From Victivallaceae bacterium (lineage in GTDB: Bacteria; Verrucomicrobiota; Lentisphaeria; Victivallales; Victivallaceae): a stretch of 64,000 nt of DNA. The notes under the pieces were generated by a model, which saw only the letters and a list, made by a program, of their open reading frames with translations, was not told where the DNA came from and did not search any database. Position 1 is the stretch's first letter. Every line of letters begins with the position of its first letter. Below, one piece after another: positions 36,295-46,278 of this stretch. Position numbers and translations under genes: made by a program. Location: positions 1,044 through 65,043 of the forward strand of contig JAZSRU010000128.1 of NCBI GenBank assembly GCA_045538635.1, read 5' to 3'.

Positions 36295-38166
36295 ATGACC
36301 GACTTCAATATCAAATGTGTTCAACTTGATCTGGCGCGCCAAAAAGAAAGTATCCCTTTTATCAAAGATTTCATCCGTTTTGCTGCTGATGCCGGGTATG
36401 ATTCCATTCTGCTTTATCTGGAAGACCGCATCCGGACTGCAGGGTACCCCTATCCTTCAGATGATGAAAGTTATTCCGTTGATGAAATGCGCGATATTGT
36501 CAAATATTCAGAACAATACAATATCGAACTCATCCCCTGCGTGGCAACTCTCGGCCATGCGGAGCGTTTCCTCAAGCACAAAGAACTCAATTATCTCTCC
36601 GAAGTGCAGGACGGCATGAAAGACCGTTTCGGCAACAACGGCGGTCAGGATGTTTTCTGCATCACCAATCCTGATTTTTATCCGTTTATTGAAAAGTATC
36701 TGGAAGAAGTCGCCGCTATTTTTCCATCAGAATATTTCCATGCCGGACTTGATGAATTTTTCAATTTCAACCTCTGTGAACGCTGCCGCAAAGCAATGCC
36801 AGACCTCGCATCAGAGGAAAATATGTTTTTGCAGCATATCATCCGCATCCATGCTCATTTGGAGAAATCAGGCAAACGCATGATGATGTGGTCGGATATG
36901 TTTGAAATTTATACCACCGTCATCAGCCGCATTCCCAAAAATATCATCATGGTCGATTGGCAGTACCAGGAGGATGTGCGTTTTTATTGGCATCATCTTT
37001 TTGACCAGAAAGCGGAAAAACGCATTGATCTCAATAATTCACTCGGGCTTGATACCGTTATGGCTCCGGCAGAACTTATATTCTTCAATAATGTGAGCTG
37101 CCTTAAATACGCCAAAGAAATAAAATCATGGGGATTTATGGTAACGATGTGGGAGAAAACCGATACTTTTGTTTACCGTTCATTTCCGGTTATTTTTTAT
37201 TGCGGACAACTCCTCAAGGGGATGGCACATGAGGATGCATGGCGCAATACGGTCAAATATATTTTCGGTTGTGATGAACCTGAGTTTGTTCAAATTATCA
37301 ATATGGCGATTTGTGCGCCGCATCTGCGCCATTTTTCAGAGGTCAGCGAGAGTGCATTTTTCTCCCGCGCGTTCAACGGTCTGCCGCTGGCAGATATGAT
37401 GCGCAACAAAGTATTGCAGCAAATGCTGAAAGGCGCGGAAAAATATGTCAAATCTGAACTCGGCAAAAAAGTTTACAAAGATTTATGCCTCGCAGCCGAG
37501 GAGCGTTGCATCCGTGACGGATTCAAAGAAACCTGCTGGGATATTTTTGACTTCGGCATGAAAGATGACTCCGCCGATAAACTTGAAATTATGCGCAACC
37601 GCTTTTTTAAATTGCTGGAAACTAAAAATAATGTCTGGCAGGAATTCCGTGCCGGAATCCGTCCTGATTTTCAGGCAAAATTTAAAAATTCTCTCGAATC
37701 AAGAGTTGATAAATTCATCAGCAATATCAAAAAAGATACATTTTTGTGCATCCGTTCATGCATGAACGATATTTATGTTGTAAATTTCTTTGACGCAGAA
37801 GTTTATGCAAATGGCAAATGGCAGAAAGTTATTACCCGCAGCGGTGTCAAACCGTGTGATGAAAAAGCACTGTTTGAAACTGTTTTTCCGGTTGAATTTG
37901 ATGGAGAACCGGAGGCTGTGCGTCTGACGATTTACGGCATGGGGGCGCGCGGAATAGCTTTTGTACAACTCCACAATGCAGACGGCAAAGTTTATGCTCC
38001 CGCAAAAGTGATCTCCGTTGCAGGCGATGTCGAACATCCGGAAAATATTCTTTCCAATGACGGCTTAACAACATTTTTCAATAATGTCCCGATGGAAAAA
38101 GATTACCATGATCCGGAATCATTGACACGCCGGAACAGTATTGAAATTTCACTTAAGCAATTGTAA
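36295..38166 (+). CDS. glycoside hydrolase family 20-like (beta-hexosaminidase-type catalytic barrel) protein
   Basis: The order of GH20 landmarks is preserved: LDLARQ, LLYLEDR, YSVDEMRDIVKYSEQYNIELIPCVATLGHAERFL, and HAGLDEF (the H.GgDE catalytic pair region). Confidence 0.5.
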   Translation: MTDFNIKCVQLDLARQKESIPFIKDFIRFAADAGYDSILLYLEDRIRTAGYPYPSDDESYSVDEMRDIVKYSEQYNIELIPCVATLGHAERFLKHKELNYLSEVQDGMKDRFGNNGGQDVFCITNPDFYPFIEKYLEEVAAIFPSEYFHAGLDEFFNFNLCERCRKAMPDLASEENMFLQHIIRIHAHLEKSGKRMMMWSDMFEIYTTVISRIPKNIIMVDWQYQEDVRFYWHHLFDQKAEKRIDLNNSLGLDTVMAPAELIFFNNVSCLKYAKEIKSWGFMVTMWEKTDTFVYRSFPVIFYCGQLLKGMAHEDAWRNTVKYIFGCDEPEFVQIINMAICAPHLRHFSEVSESAFFSRAFNGLPLADMMRNKVLQQMLKGAEKYVKSELGKKVYKDLCLAAEERCIRDGFKETCWDIFDFGMKDDSADKLEIMRNRFFKLLETKNNVWQEFRAGIRPDFQAKFKNSLESRVDKFISNIKKDTFLCIRSCMNDIYVVNFFDAEVYANGKWQKVITRSGVKPCDEKALFETVFPVEFDGEPEAVRLTIYGMGARGIAFVQLHNADGKVYAPAKVISVAGDVEHPENILSNDGLTTFFNNVPMEKDYHDPESLTRRNSIEISLKQL

Positions 38167-38183
38167 AATTTACATCGGAGAAG

Positions 38184-39224
38184 ATGATTTTGAATATTGA
38201 ACCTCTGAAAAAAGCATTATCTGAAACTGACCTGCCGATTTATGAATGCATAATCAATACAGCACGCGAATTGATTATTTCCGGTAAATGGGCAAAAAAT
38301 GATCGTTTGCCGACTGATCGTGAGCTGGCAGCAGAACTCGGTATCAGCCACATAACTCTCGCCAAAGCATTAAATGAACTGCGCCGTCTGGGGATGCTTT
38401 CGCGCCGCCGTTCGCAGGGAACTTTTGTTAATGAACTGCCGCAAAATTCCATATCCGGCAAAATAAAAAAAATCGGTGTTGTTTTCGATGTTGCCAATGA
38501 ACATACATTTCATACCAAATTTTTCCTGGCAATTTACCGTGAACTGGAAAATGCCGGAATGTCAATGCAGTTTTTCGCTGCTGACAATTCAGCGGAAAAA
38601 CAGTTGCACCTGGTGAAACAAATTATCAACGATCCGGATATGAGCGGCTGTATTTTCTGGTCGATCCTCAATGATGATAAACTGGCTGAACTCATGCAGT
38701 GCCGTCCGGTAAATTTTCCTTTGATAGTATTGGACAAATATTCCGGAAAAATACGCCATGACAGCGTAGTATTCAATAATTTTGAATGCGGGGTAAAAAT
38801 CGGAGAGGAATTGAAAAAGTATAATGTTTCCAAAATTTTTGTCTATGATGACACCGTTAAGCGTTTCAGTTCTGTCCGTGACCGTATAGATGGAATTGCA
38901 CAAGGCTGCGGATGTTCTGATTTTCACTGGATAAATTATAGTGAAAAACTTGAAAATTTTGCCGGTGACAAGCCATTTGCAATAGTTTTTGCCGGCGGAT
39001 TTTGTATGCAGGAGAAAATGCAATTTCCGGCTGCATGTACGCCGGTTTTATTTTCTGTTGATACAGTTCCTTTGCTGGATCACAGCGGTATTGTCTGTTG
39101 TTTTGACTCGTCTGACATGGCGCGCCGGGCCGTTGCCATGCTCTGCGCCAGATTGAATGGTGATGATTCCGATGTTTTGCAATATTTTTCAAACGGCATG
39201 ATTTCGACTGTCAAACCGCTGTAA
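38184..39224 (+). CDS. GntR-family HTH fused to a LacI/PBP1-type sugar-binding domain regulator
   Basis: LPTDRELAAELGISHITLAKALNELRRLGMLSRRRSQGTFV followed by a ~260 aa periplasmic-binding-protein-like fold. Confidence 0.8.
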   Translation: MILNIEPLKKALSETDLPIYECIINTARELIISGKWAKNDRLPTDRELAAELGISHITLAKALNELRRLGMLSRRRSQGTFVNELPQNSISGKIKKIGVVFDVANEHTFHTKFFLAIYRELENAGMSMQFFAADNSAEKQLHLVKQIINDPDMSGCIFWSILNDDKLAELMQCRPVNFPLIVLDKYSGKIRHDSVVFNNFECGVKIGEELKKYNVSKIFVYDDTVKRFSSVRDRIDGIAQGCGCSDFHWINYSEKLENFAGDKPFAIVFAGGFCMQEKMQFPAACTPVLFSVDTVPLLDHSGIVCCFDSSDMARRAVAMLCARLNGDDSDVLQYFSNGMISTVKPL

Positions 39225-39339
39225 CCGGCATTTTTTGAATGTATAACATTTTTTTGAGGAAAATATTTTTTGCACTTGATATATATTGATATACATGCTA
39301 TTTTATAGCAAATGTCAATATCTATGAAAGTGATGAAAT

Positions 39340-41826
39340 ATGCATCTTAAAAAAATATATCTGATACATCATACCCATTTTGATATCGGGTTCACTGATT
39401 TGCCGCAGGAAGTCTGGCAGCAGCAGGAACGGCATCTGGATAATGCCGTCGCCATTGCGGAACGCGATAAAGATTTCCGATGGACCATCGAAAGCGGCAG
39501 TCTGCTCCGCAAATATCTCAATGACCGCAATGAAATTCAACAGCAGCAAATTATCCGTCTGCTGCAGGAAAAACGGTTTGAGCTGCAAGGTTTTGATATG
39601 CAGTCGCTGACAGAAACATTGAGTTTCGCAGAACTGACCGCCAATCTATCGCGTCCCGCCATGCTCGGCAGAAAATACAACTTTCCGGTTGAATGTGCAA
39701 CTCTCGACGATATCGGCGGCTTCACCGGCGCGCTGCCGAAAATACTCAATGAATACGGCATCCGTTATCTCATCCTCGGTGTCGGAGCTTGTCAGGCGGA
39801 ATTGCCGTGGGCCGATCTGCCGCATCTTTTTTATCTGAAAAACCGCAACGGCGGCAAAGTTCTGGCATGGAATCTCGGCATTGACCGGCAGGAAGAATCA
39901 TGCAATTCAAAATATCCCTATGCAGTTTACGGTCTGGCGGCAAATTATTTCGGCTACCGCGCATTTCCTGAATTGCTTGGAATCAAAGATATGGGCATAA
40001 ATTTTTATCTCGATGGCGAAGACCGTGATAATCCGCTGAAGTACGAAGAAATGTTTGAAATTCTGTGTCAGCGGCTGGAGCGTGAAAATTATCCGTACTC
40101 TGAAATCATGCTGCAATACGGCGGCGACAACCGCGGTCCTTCGCCGTATATGGCAGAACTTGTCCGCAAAATCAATGCTTCCGGCAAACTGCCGCAGATA
40201 GAATTTGTTACACCGTCAGTATTCATGCATATAATGGAGGAAAAATACGGAGCAGATATTCCTGAAATCAGCGGGCTTCTGACTGATCCGTGGATGATCC
40301 GCATGAATGCAGTTCCCTCAACTCTCAAAAAGTACCGCAAAGCACAACGCGAAGCAAAATCCTCTGCATTGCTCGGCTTCAACTCCCCTGAACTGCTTGA
40401 AAGTATGATGCTGACCGGCGACCATACATTCGGCATGAACAACTGGGGCTGGCACGACCTCTGCAATGATGACAGAGGCGGCTTGCGCGGAGAAATTTTT
40501 GACCGGATGCGTGAAAGCTGGCGTTACAAAAAGTATTACGGAGAAGATGCATTTTATCGTGCGGGCGAACTTATGCGCAAAGCTCACGGCAATTTTATTG
40601 CTTCATCGCAGCAAGTCATTGCGGTCCAAAATAATTCTCCGTACACAGTTTCCGGTGATACTGAATTTTATCTCGGATGTTACGCTCCTGAACTTGAAAA
40701 ACTGCTGGATAACGGCAAAGATGTTCCATTCTGCAAAGTCGGCGAAAACCGTTATGTTATTTATGCGGAAAATGTTCCGCCGGTTTCTGCCTTGCAGCTC
40801 AAGCCTGTTTTCAGCGATCAATACAATGTCGCGTATCAAAAGCAGGAACTTCCGGTTCCTGAAAAAATCGAAAACGGCAAATTGACACTTTCATTTAAAG
40901 CTGACGGAGCAGTTGCCGACATCATGTATGACGGCAGAAAAGCTGCCGATTGCCGGGAATTTTCTTTTGCGGAAATCACAGCGGAAGAGATAAAAAATTA
41001 TCCGATGAACAACGAGCATTGCAACCTTTTGCCCGCCTCTGACCGCGAATTGAAAAAATGTGTTATAAATCACGCATTCTTGTCTGCTGATAATATTTTC
41101 TACACGGAAATAAAACAGTACGGTAATGTTGCAAGCGCATCATTTACAAGGGTTTTGAAGATTTGGAAAAATGTTGCGCGCATTGATATAAATGTCAGAT
41201 TTGACAAACCGGAATCAAAGAAAAAAGAGTTTTATTATACTGCGCTGCCATTCAGCGGCAAAGGCGGAAGATTCTTTTTCAATCAGAATTCCGGAATTGC
41301 CTCACCCAAGAGATTACTTCCGGGTGCAATGCAGGATATGTTTTTCTGTGCGGATTATGCGGCACTTGACAACGGCGATTTCACCGCTGTTTTGAGTTGT
41401 CCGGATGCGCCGGTTGTGGAATTCGGCGGCATTACGTCTATGCAATGGCGCAAAACTCTGCCTTTTGCAGCTCATAACAATCACATTTTTGCGCTTGCAT
41501 TCAACAATATATGCAATACGGATGCTCCGGCATGGTTTGAAGTGCTTGATACTTTTGAATACTCATTGTATTTTGATGATTCGTCATTTTCGGCGGCAAA
41601 TGCGGAGAAGTTCTGCCGCAGCAATACAGCATTGACCGCAGACTGGCAATTCGGGGCGGAGTATCCGGCATTTCCGGCTATTTCTGAAAACATTAAATTC
41701 CACCTCGACGATACCGGTGCAATATGGCTTGAAAACCTCACTGCCGATGATGCGGAATACGATTTTGAATACGCAGGACATAAATACAGTGGAAAAATTA
41801 AATCATTTGAACTCAAAAAAATATAA
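39340..41826 (+). CDS. large glycoside hydrolase, GH38-like N-terminal domain (tentative)
   Basis: LIHHTHFDIGFTD resembles the GH38 metal-binding HxHxDxxW start. 828 aa, cytoplasmic (no signal peptide). Confidence 0.4.
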   Translation: MHLKKIYLIHHTHFDIGFTDLPQEVWQQQERHLDNAVAIAERDKDFRWTIESGSLLRKYLNDRNEIQQQQIIRLLQEKRFELQGFDMQSLTETLSFAELTANLSRPAMLGRKYNFPVECATLDDIGGFTGALPKILNEYGIRYLILGVGACQAELPWADLPHLFYLKNRNGGKVLAWNLGIDRQEESCNSKYPYAVYGLAANYFGYRAFPELLGIKDMGINFYLDGEDRDNPLKYEEMFEILCQRLERENYPYSEIMLQYGGDNRGPSPYMAELVRKINASGKLPQIEFVTPSVFMHIMEEKYGADIPEISGLLTDPWMIRMNAVPSTLKKYRKAQREAKSSALLGFNSPELLESMMLTGDHTFGMNNWGWHDLCNDDRGGLRGEIFDRMRESWRYKKYYGEDAFYRAGELMRKAHGNFIASSQQVIAVQNNSPYTVSGDTEFYLGCYAPELEKLLDNGKDVPFCKVGENRYVIYAENVPPVSALQLKPVFSDQYNVAYQKQELPVPEKIENGKLTLSFKADGAVADIMYDGRKAADCREFSFAEITAEEIKNYPMNNEHCNLLPASDRELKKCVINHAFLSADNIFYTEIKQYGNVASASFTRVLKIWKNVARIDINVRFDKPESKKKEFYYTALPFSGKGGRFFFNQNSGIASPKRLLPGAMQDMFFCADYAALDNGDFTAVLSCPDAPVVEFGGITSMQWRKTLPFAAHNNHIFALAFNNICNTDAPAWFEVLDTFEYSLYFDDSSFSAANAEKFCRSNTALTADWQFGAEYPAFPAISENIKFHLDDTGAIWLENLTADDAEYDFEYAGHKYSGKIKSFELKKI

Positions 41827-41844
41827 AAAAGGAATGAAAGTAAA

Positions 41845-42519
41845 ATGAAAAAAGTAATTTGCATGTTGGTTTGCGGAATTATTTTTTCCATATCCGGAGC
41901 TGACTTTAACAGCTTGCTAAAAGAGGCAAAAGCTGCAGAGAAAATTAAAAACACCGAACTTGTAAATCAGAAATATTCTGAAGCGTATCAAGCCGCAGTG
42001 AAAACTTCTGACAAAGAAAACATTATTCACAGCTGGTGCAATTATTTGCGGAGTGTAAAACTTTTTGACCGCGCCCGCGATATTTATGAAGCAGAACTCG
42101 CCAAAGATTTTTACAATGATTCCCAACGGCAGTATTTTCTCTACCGTATCGCATTCATGTATATCTGGCATCCGAAACAGCATGGATATGCACTTGAAAA
42201 AGTGAAGCTTGCGCTCTCTCTCAAAAATGCGGATAAATCAGGTGTTGTTTATTATGCGCTCTGCAATTATGCCGCAAACATCTACAGTCACTGGTACAAA
42301 GATTATGAATCAATAATCTCAATAGCAGAGGAAGGTTTGAAACATTGCAAAGCCGTTTCACATCGTTCAAGTCTTCACAACTGGCTCGGGCTGTCTTACA
42401 AAAAACTTGAGCAGAAAGAACTTGCAATAGAAAATTATAAACAGGCTTTAAAATACGGCAAACAGGCAAAAATCAACATTGCAAAAATTGAAAAAGAATT
42501 GAAGGAACTTGAAAAATGA
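41845..42519 (+). CDS. secreted TPR-like repeat protein
   Basis: Signal peptide MKKVICMLVCGIIFSISGA. Helical repeats with the Y/A/L periodicity of TPR. Its stop overlaps the next start (ATGA). Confidence 0.5.
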   Translation: MKKVICMLVCGIIFSISGADFNSLLKEAKAAEKIKNTELVNQKYSEAYQAAVKTSDKENIIHSWCNYLRSVKLFDRARDIYEAELAKDFYNDSQRQYFLYRIAFMYIWHPKQHGYALEKVKLALSLKNADKSGVVYYALCNYAANIYSHWYKDYESIISIAEEGLKHCKAVSHRSSLHNWLGLSYKKLEQKELAIENYKQALKYGKQAKINIAKIEKELKELEK

Positions 42520-43415
42520 AAAAAATCTTAACACTTGCAATTGCAATTTTTGCAATTCTGCTCAATGGTGCGGAGTGGAAAATTGCCGAAAACGGCAAGG
42601 CCGCAGCAGGCATCATCATTCCTGCCAACGCCAAACCGCTTGTTAAGTTTGCTGCCGGAGAGCTGGCTCATTTTCTCGAAAAAATGACTGGGGCGAAATT
42701 TACTGTCGGCACAACTTCTGCTTACAAAAACAACTTCAAGCTCGGTTTCGGCAAAGCTGATGACTTGCGTTTTGATGAAAGCATCATCCGTACTGTCGGC
42801 AATGATATTGAAATTTACGGCAAAGACACATCCCGTCCGGTAGATATATTTTATTATTTTTATGACGGTCATGAAAAAGGCACTCTGCACGGTGTTTATC
42901 ATCTGCTGGACAAACTCGGCGTCCGCTTTCCTGTCCCCGGCTATGCTCATGTCCCTGAAAACAAAAATCTGACATTGCAGGAGATGAATATCCGTTACAA
43001 ACCTTATTACCAGGAACGCCATTCAACCGGCATGGATTATTCATTTATGTCAAAGCACCCCGATTCAAGCGACTATGCCGTTTCAAATAACGGAGCAATG
43101 CTTGACATTATCCGCCTCGGCGGGTCGACCCGCAATCTCGTGATCGGATGCCATTCTGAATCCGCATTTCAGTTGTGGAAAGATGCCGAATGGCTCTCTG
43201 ACCCGACCCGTTCCAGACTCGGCAAAGACGGCGTCCGCACCCCGAAATATTCATGTTGGACCCATCCTGATGTCAAAGCACTGTGGATGCGCGCCGCGGA
43301 TGCATATTTCAGCGGCAAAACTCCGAAGCAGGCAGGGTTCAAAAATATGCGCGGCGGCGGCAACAGTTGGCCGTACCCGTTTGTTTCGCCGTATGAATTT
43401 ATGATTGCCGTATGA
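42516..43415 (+). pseudogene. DUF4838-like glycan-active protein, N-terminal fragment (frame broken at 43389-43415)
   Basis: Signal peptide plus the AAGELAHFLEKMTGAKFTVG module typical of DUF4838/GH20-zincin-like N-domains. The reading frame continues in ORF 43405..44898 once 19 nt are removed. Confidence 0.6.
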
Positions 43416-44898
43416 TTATGACGGTATCAGCGACGGAATATGCTATTGTGCGCGCTGTCAGGATTTCCGCAAAAAACATCCGTGCAAAGACGATTCTGAA
43501 ATCATGTGGCGCGTGATTGCCGATGTGGCTGAATATATCCACAAAAAATATCCCGGGAAAAAAATCACCACTCTCGTTTATCCGCCAAAAACAGAGATTC
43601 CGAAGATCAAATTGCCGCCAAACATTCAGGTCAAACTCTGTTTCGCCGGCGCAAAAAGCTGTCTTTCTCCGGCAAGTTTGCAGGGAGATATCAACAAGAT
43701 GAAAGCGTGGGCGGATTTTACCGGAAATCCTGTCGGCTTGTGGCTGTATCATCTGATCGGCTTCAATCAGAGTATGCCGGACATCGTTGAAACTTATCCG
43801 CGTTTGATGAAACAGTATTTTACTGCGACCAAAGGGATGGTTGATGGATTTTTCATGGAACTCGGCAATGGCAACTGCACCCGCATTGCGCTTGACAGTT
43901 ATGTTTTTCACCGTCTGACCATGAATCCTGATTTGGATATAGAAGAACTTGTAACTGAATTCTGCACTCTGCTGTACGGACCTGCGGCAGATGATGCGAA
44001 AAAGTTTTATGACCGTCTGGAGTTCCTTTTCATCGACTTCTGGCGCAAAACGGTTCCGGCAGACAAGAAAATAACCGGATGCAGTCCGTGGGGTTCACGC
44101 GATCTTGCCATGCAGCGCAAACTCTGGGAAATCACTTACACCGCCGAAGAACTCGAAAACCTCGGCAAAATGGTTGATGCAATTATGCAGAAAACTGCCG
44201 GCACCAAGCATGAAAAGTATGCAAAATTGCTGAAACAGTATATCTATGACGCAATGGTGAACACCCGCCGTGAAGTCATCGGCAAAGAAGAGTTCCGCGC
44301 CTCAATCCGTATCAATGCCGCGGTAACTTCAGCAAAAAATTTTCCTGCACCTGCTGAATGGCGCAAAGCTCAAGTTTATCAGATGCGCCCTGCCAACCGT
44401 TTCAGCAAAAAATTGAGAGAACCGGGGTCATTTCAGCTCATGGCCAATAAAGATACCCTCTTTATCCGTACAGAATTCATGCAGTCGCAAATGAATAAAA
44501 CTGCCACCGATCCCAAACGCGTCAACGGCGATACAAATATCTGGATGGATAATACTGCTGAATTTTTCATTGCTCCGATGAACAAATCTGATATTGTGCA
44601 TCAGATTGTCGTCAATGACCGCGGTATATGGGCGTCCCGTTTTTACGGCAAAGGTAAATCAAAATGGCAGCAGCTTGACGGATGCAGAGTAAAAGTTGAC
44701 CGCCTGTCAGACCGCTGGATCACTCAAGTTGCTGTACCGTTCAAATCTCTCGGCAGTAATTTTACCGAACTCCGTTTCAATGTTGCCCGTGAACAGCGCA
44801 CACAGGGAAAGGCAGTTGAATACAGTACATATTCTCCGCTGGCACTGGTCGGAGTGTGGGACAACAGCGACAATTTCGGAACAATAATTTTCAAATAA
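43405..44898 (+). pseudogene. DUF4838-like protein, C-terminal fragment with CBM9/DOMON-like end
   Basis: It begins PYDYDGISDGICYCARCQ with no RBS or ATG of its own (TTG only). The C-terminal NIWMDNTAEFFIAP...RFNVAREQ resembles a CBM9-like module. Confidence 0.6.
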
Positions 44899-44922
44899 TT
44901 GTCAAATTTATCGTGTTGGCTC

Positions 44923-44951
44923 TTGACATTTTGCGTTTTATGTATTATAAT
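44923..44951 (+). promoter_or_regulatory. consensus sigma70 promoter
   Basis: TTGACA (44923-44928), exactly 17 nt, TATAAT (44946-44951). It faces the 45450 pilin-like gene, about 490 nt away. Confidence 0.6.
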
Positions 44952-45003
44952 ATAGACGGATAATTCCCCGCCAACTGCCAATAATATAGATTATCGGAAG
45001 TTG

Positions 45004-45083
45004 TTTACTTTCTTTCGCAGTGAAAGAAAGTAAAACAAAGAAAGCTGTTTTACTTGTTTTCTTTTTCAAAAAAAGAAAACAAG
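45004..45083 (+). other. two perfect AU-rich hairpins in the transcribed leader
   Basis: H1: TTTACTTTCTTTC (45004-45016), loop GCAGT, GAAAGAAAGTAAA (45022-45034); 13 bp. H2: CTTGTTTTCTTTTT (45053-45066), loop CAA, AAAAAGAAAACAAG (45070-45083); 14 bp. Confidence 0.6.
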
Positions 45084-45162
45084 ATAAAGGAAAAAACTTT
45101 CGGCTCTCTTGGAATAAGTAAAGCGCGGTCAGCGCCGCGAGGACAGGAGCGTGCCGCATAAA

Positions 45163-45369
45163 ATGAGAAGTTTGAGAGGATTGAGAATAGTGGGAAGTTT
45201 GAGAAAAAGTACAGCTGACTGCACTGCAGTCAAACAAAAATCTGCGGAGCTGATGCTCCGACCGGACTCATGTACTACACTCATTTCACGCGTCAGCGCA
45301 TCTGTCAGCTTGACTGCAGTGCAGTCACGGGCAAACTCCCAAAATTCTCAATACTCCCAAAGTTCTCAC
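45163..45369. repeat. foldback element: ~60-70 bp imperfect inverted repeats with an 18 bp perfect core around a 76 bp spacer
   Basis: Arm 1 (45163-45233) matches the reverse complement of arm 2 (45310-45369) at about 85% identity. The perfect core is TGACTGCACTGCAGTCAA (45216-45233) against 45310-45327. Each arm contains an internal direct repeat (GAAGTTTGAGA x2; ACTCCCAAA x2). Confidence 0.8.
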
Positions 45370-45449
45370 ATCGCCCGCCATGTCCCTGCCACTCTCATTA
45401 CGGCTATGCCGTGTAAATAAAACCAAACCTTAACAGAAAGGATAAAAAT

Positions 45450-46178
45450 ATGAAAACAACCTCAAAAAAACATGAAAGAATCTATACTATCGGAAGTTTC
45501 ACTCTGATCGAGCTGCTGGTTGTAATTGCAATTATTGCGATTCTCGCCGGTATGCTGCTCCCTGCCTTGAATTCTGCCCGCGCCCGCGCCAGAACAACCA
45601 AATGCATCAGCAATCAAAAGCAAATCGGTACTGCGATTGCCGCCTATGCAACTGATTATGAAGATTATCTGCCCTATTTTGATGGTGATACTGCTGATGT
45701 CTGGGCTGGTGACCATTTCGGTGCGAAAATGGCTCCCTATCTCAATTTGACTACAAATAAACCCGCTCCGGTTATGATTTGCCCATCTCATCCAGAATAC
45801 AGTTCTTCAACCGTCCAATATACTGCCAGTAATGTTGTCGGGTCCTTCTATTTGCCGAACAGAAACAACGGATTTTATCTGAATAATTCAATGACTGGAT
45901 GGACAATTTTTCACAAAATGGGTCAGGTAAAATATCCCTCTGAATATATTCCGATTTTCCATAATAATAATTATGTCGCTGGTTCACAGTGGGGTATCCA
46001 TTGGGGTACACTGAAAGCGAATGTCGATTATGATGCACACTTCAAAGATAAAGGTATCTATCTGCGTGTGGCAGGCAATGTGTCTGAACTCGATATTACA
46101 GCAACAAATAACACTGAAGCCAGATTCGTAAGATATATGTATGTCAATGGCGAAAACTACGGAAAACCCGGATTCTGA
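45450..46178 (+). CDS. prepilin-type N-terminal cleavage/methylation domain protein (DUF1559-like, degenerate H-X9-DG)
   Basis: [46 protein letters not shown]. The C-terminal [15 protein letters not shown] has AG in place of DG. Confidence 0.85.
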   Translation: MKTTSKKHERIYTIGSFTLIELLVVIAIIAILAGMLLPALNSARARARTTKCISNQKQIGTAIAAYATDYEDYLPYFDGDTADVWAGDHFGAKMAPYLNLTTNKPAPVMICPSHPEYSSSTVQYTASNVVGSFYLPNRNNGFYLNNSMTGWTIFHKMGQVKYPSEYIPIFHNNNYVAGSQWGIHWGTLKANVDYDAHFKDKGIYLRVAGNVSELDITATNNTEARFVRYMYVNGENYGKPGF

Positions 46179-46202
46179 TCTGACACAAATCGCAAAAATC
46201 TC

Positions 46203-46237
46203 AACTGCTGCAGCCTATGCTTGCAGCAGTTTTTTTA
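46203..46237. terminator. rho-independent terminator between convergent genes
   Basis: AACTGCTGCA (46203-46212) pairs with TGCAGCAGTT (46222-46231) and is followed by T6. Confidence 0.7.
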
Positions 46238-46278
46238 TGCCGATATACAAGGCAAATGAGATTCATAACTGCACCTGA

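Noticed and set aside
45003-45036. A 34 nt unit GTTTACTTTCTTTCGCAGTGAAAGAAAGTAAAAC that looks like a palindromic CRISPR repeat, with GTTT...AAAC ends.
   Set aside because: It occurs only once. There are no spacers, no repeat array and no cas genes in the window.
45216-45327. An invertible promoter switch (inverton) defined by the 18 bp perfect inverted repeats.
   Set aside because: The enclosed segment is only 76 bp and has no recognisable -35/-10 elements, and no recombinase gene is nearby. This cannot be excluded without read-orientation data, so it is mentioned only as a check.
44938-45420. ORFs 45151..45420 (+, 89 aa) and 44938..45237 (-, 99 aa) in the foldback region, which both encode SQ.SQYSQSSH-like peptides.
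   Set aside because: The similar peptides are a by-product of the inverted repeat being read on both strands. The ORFs have no RBS and low-complexity sequence, and they overlap each other. The region is treated as non-coding.
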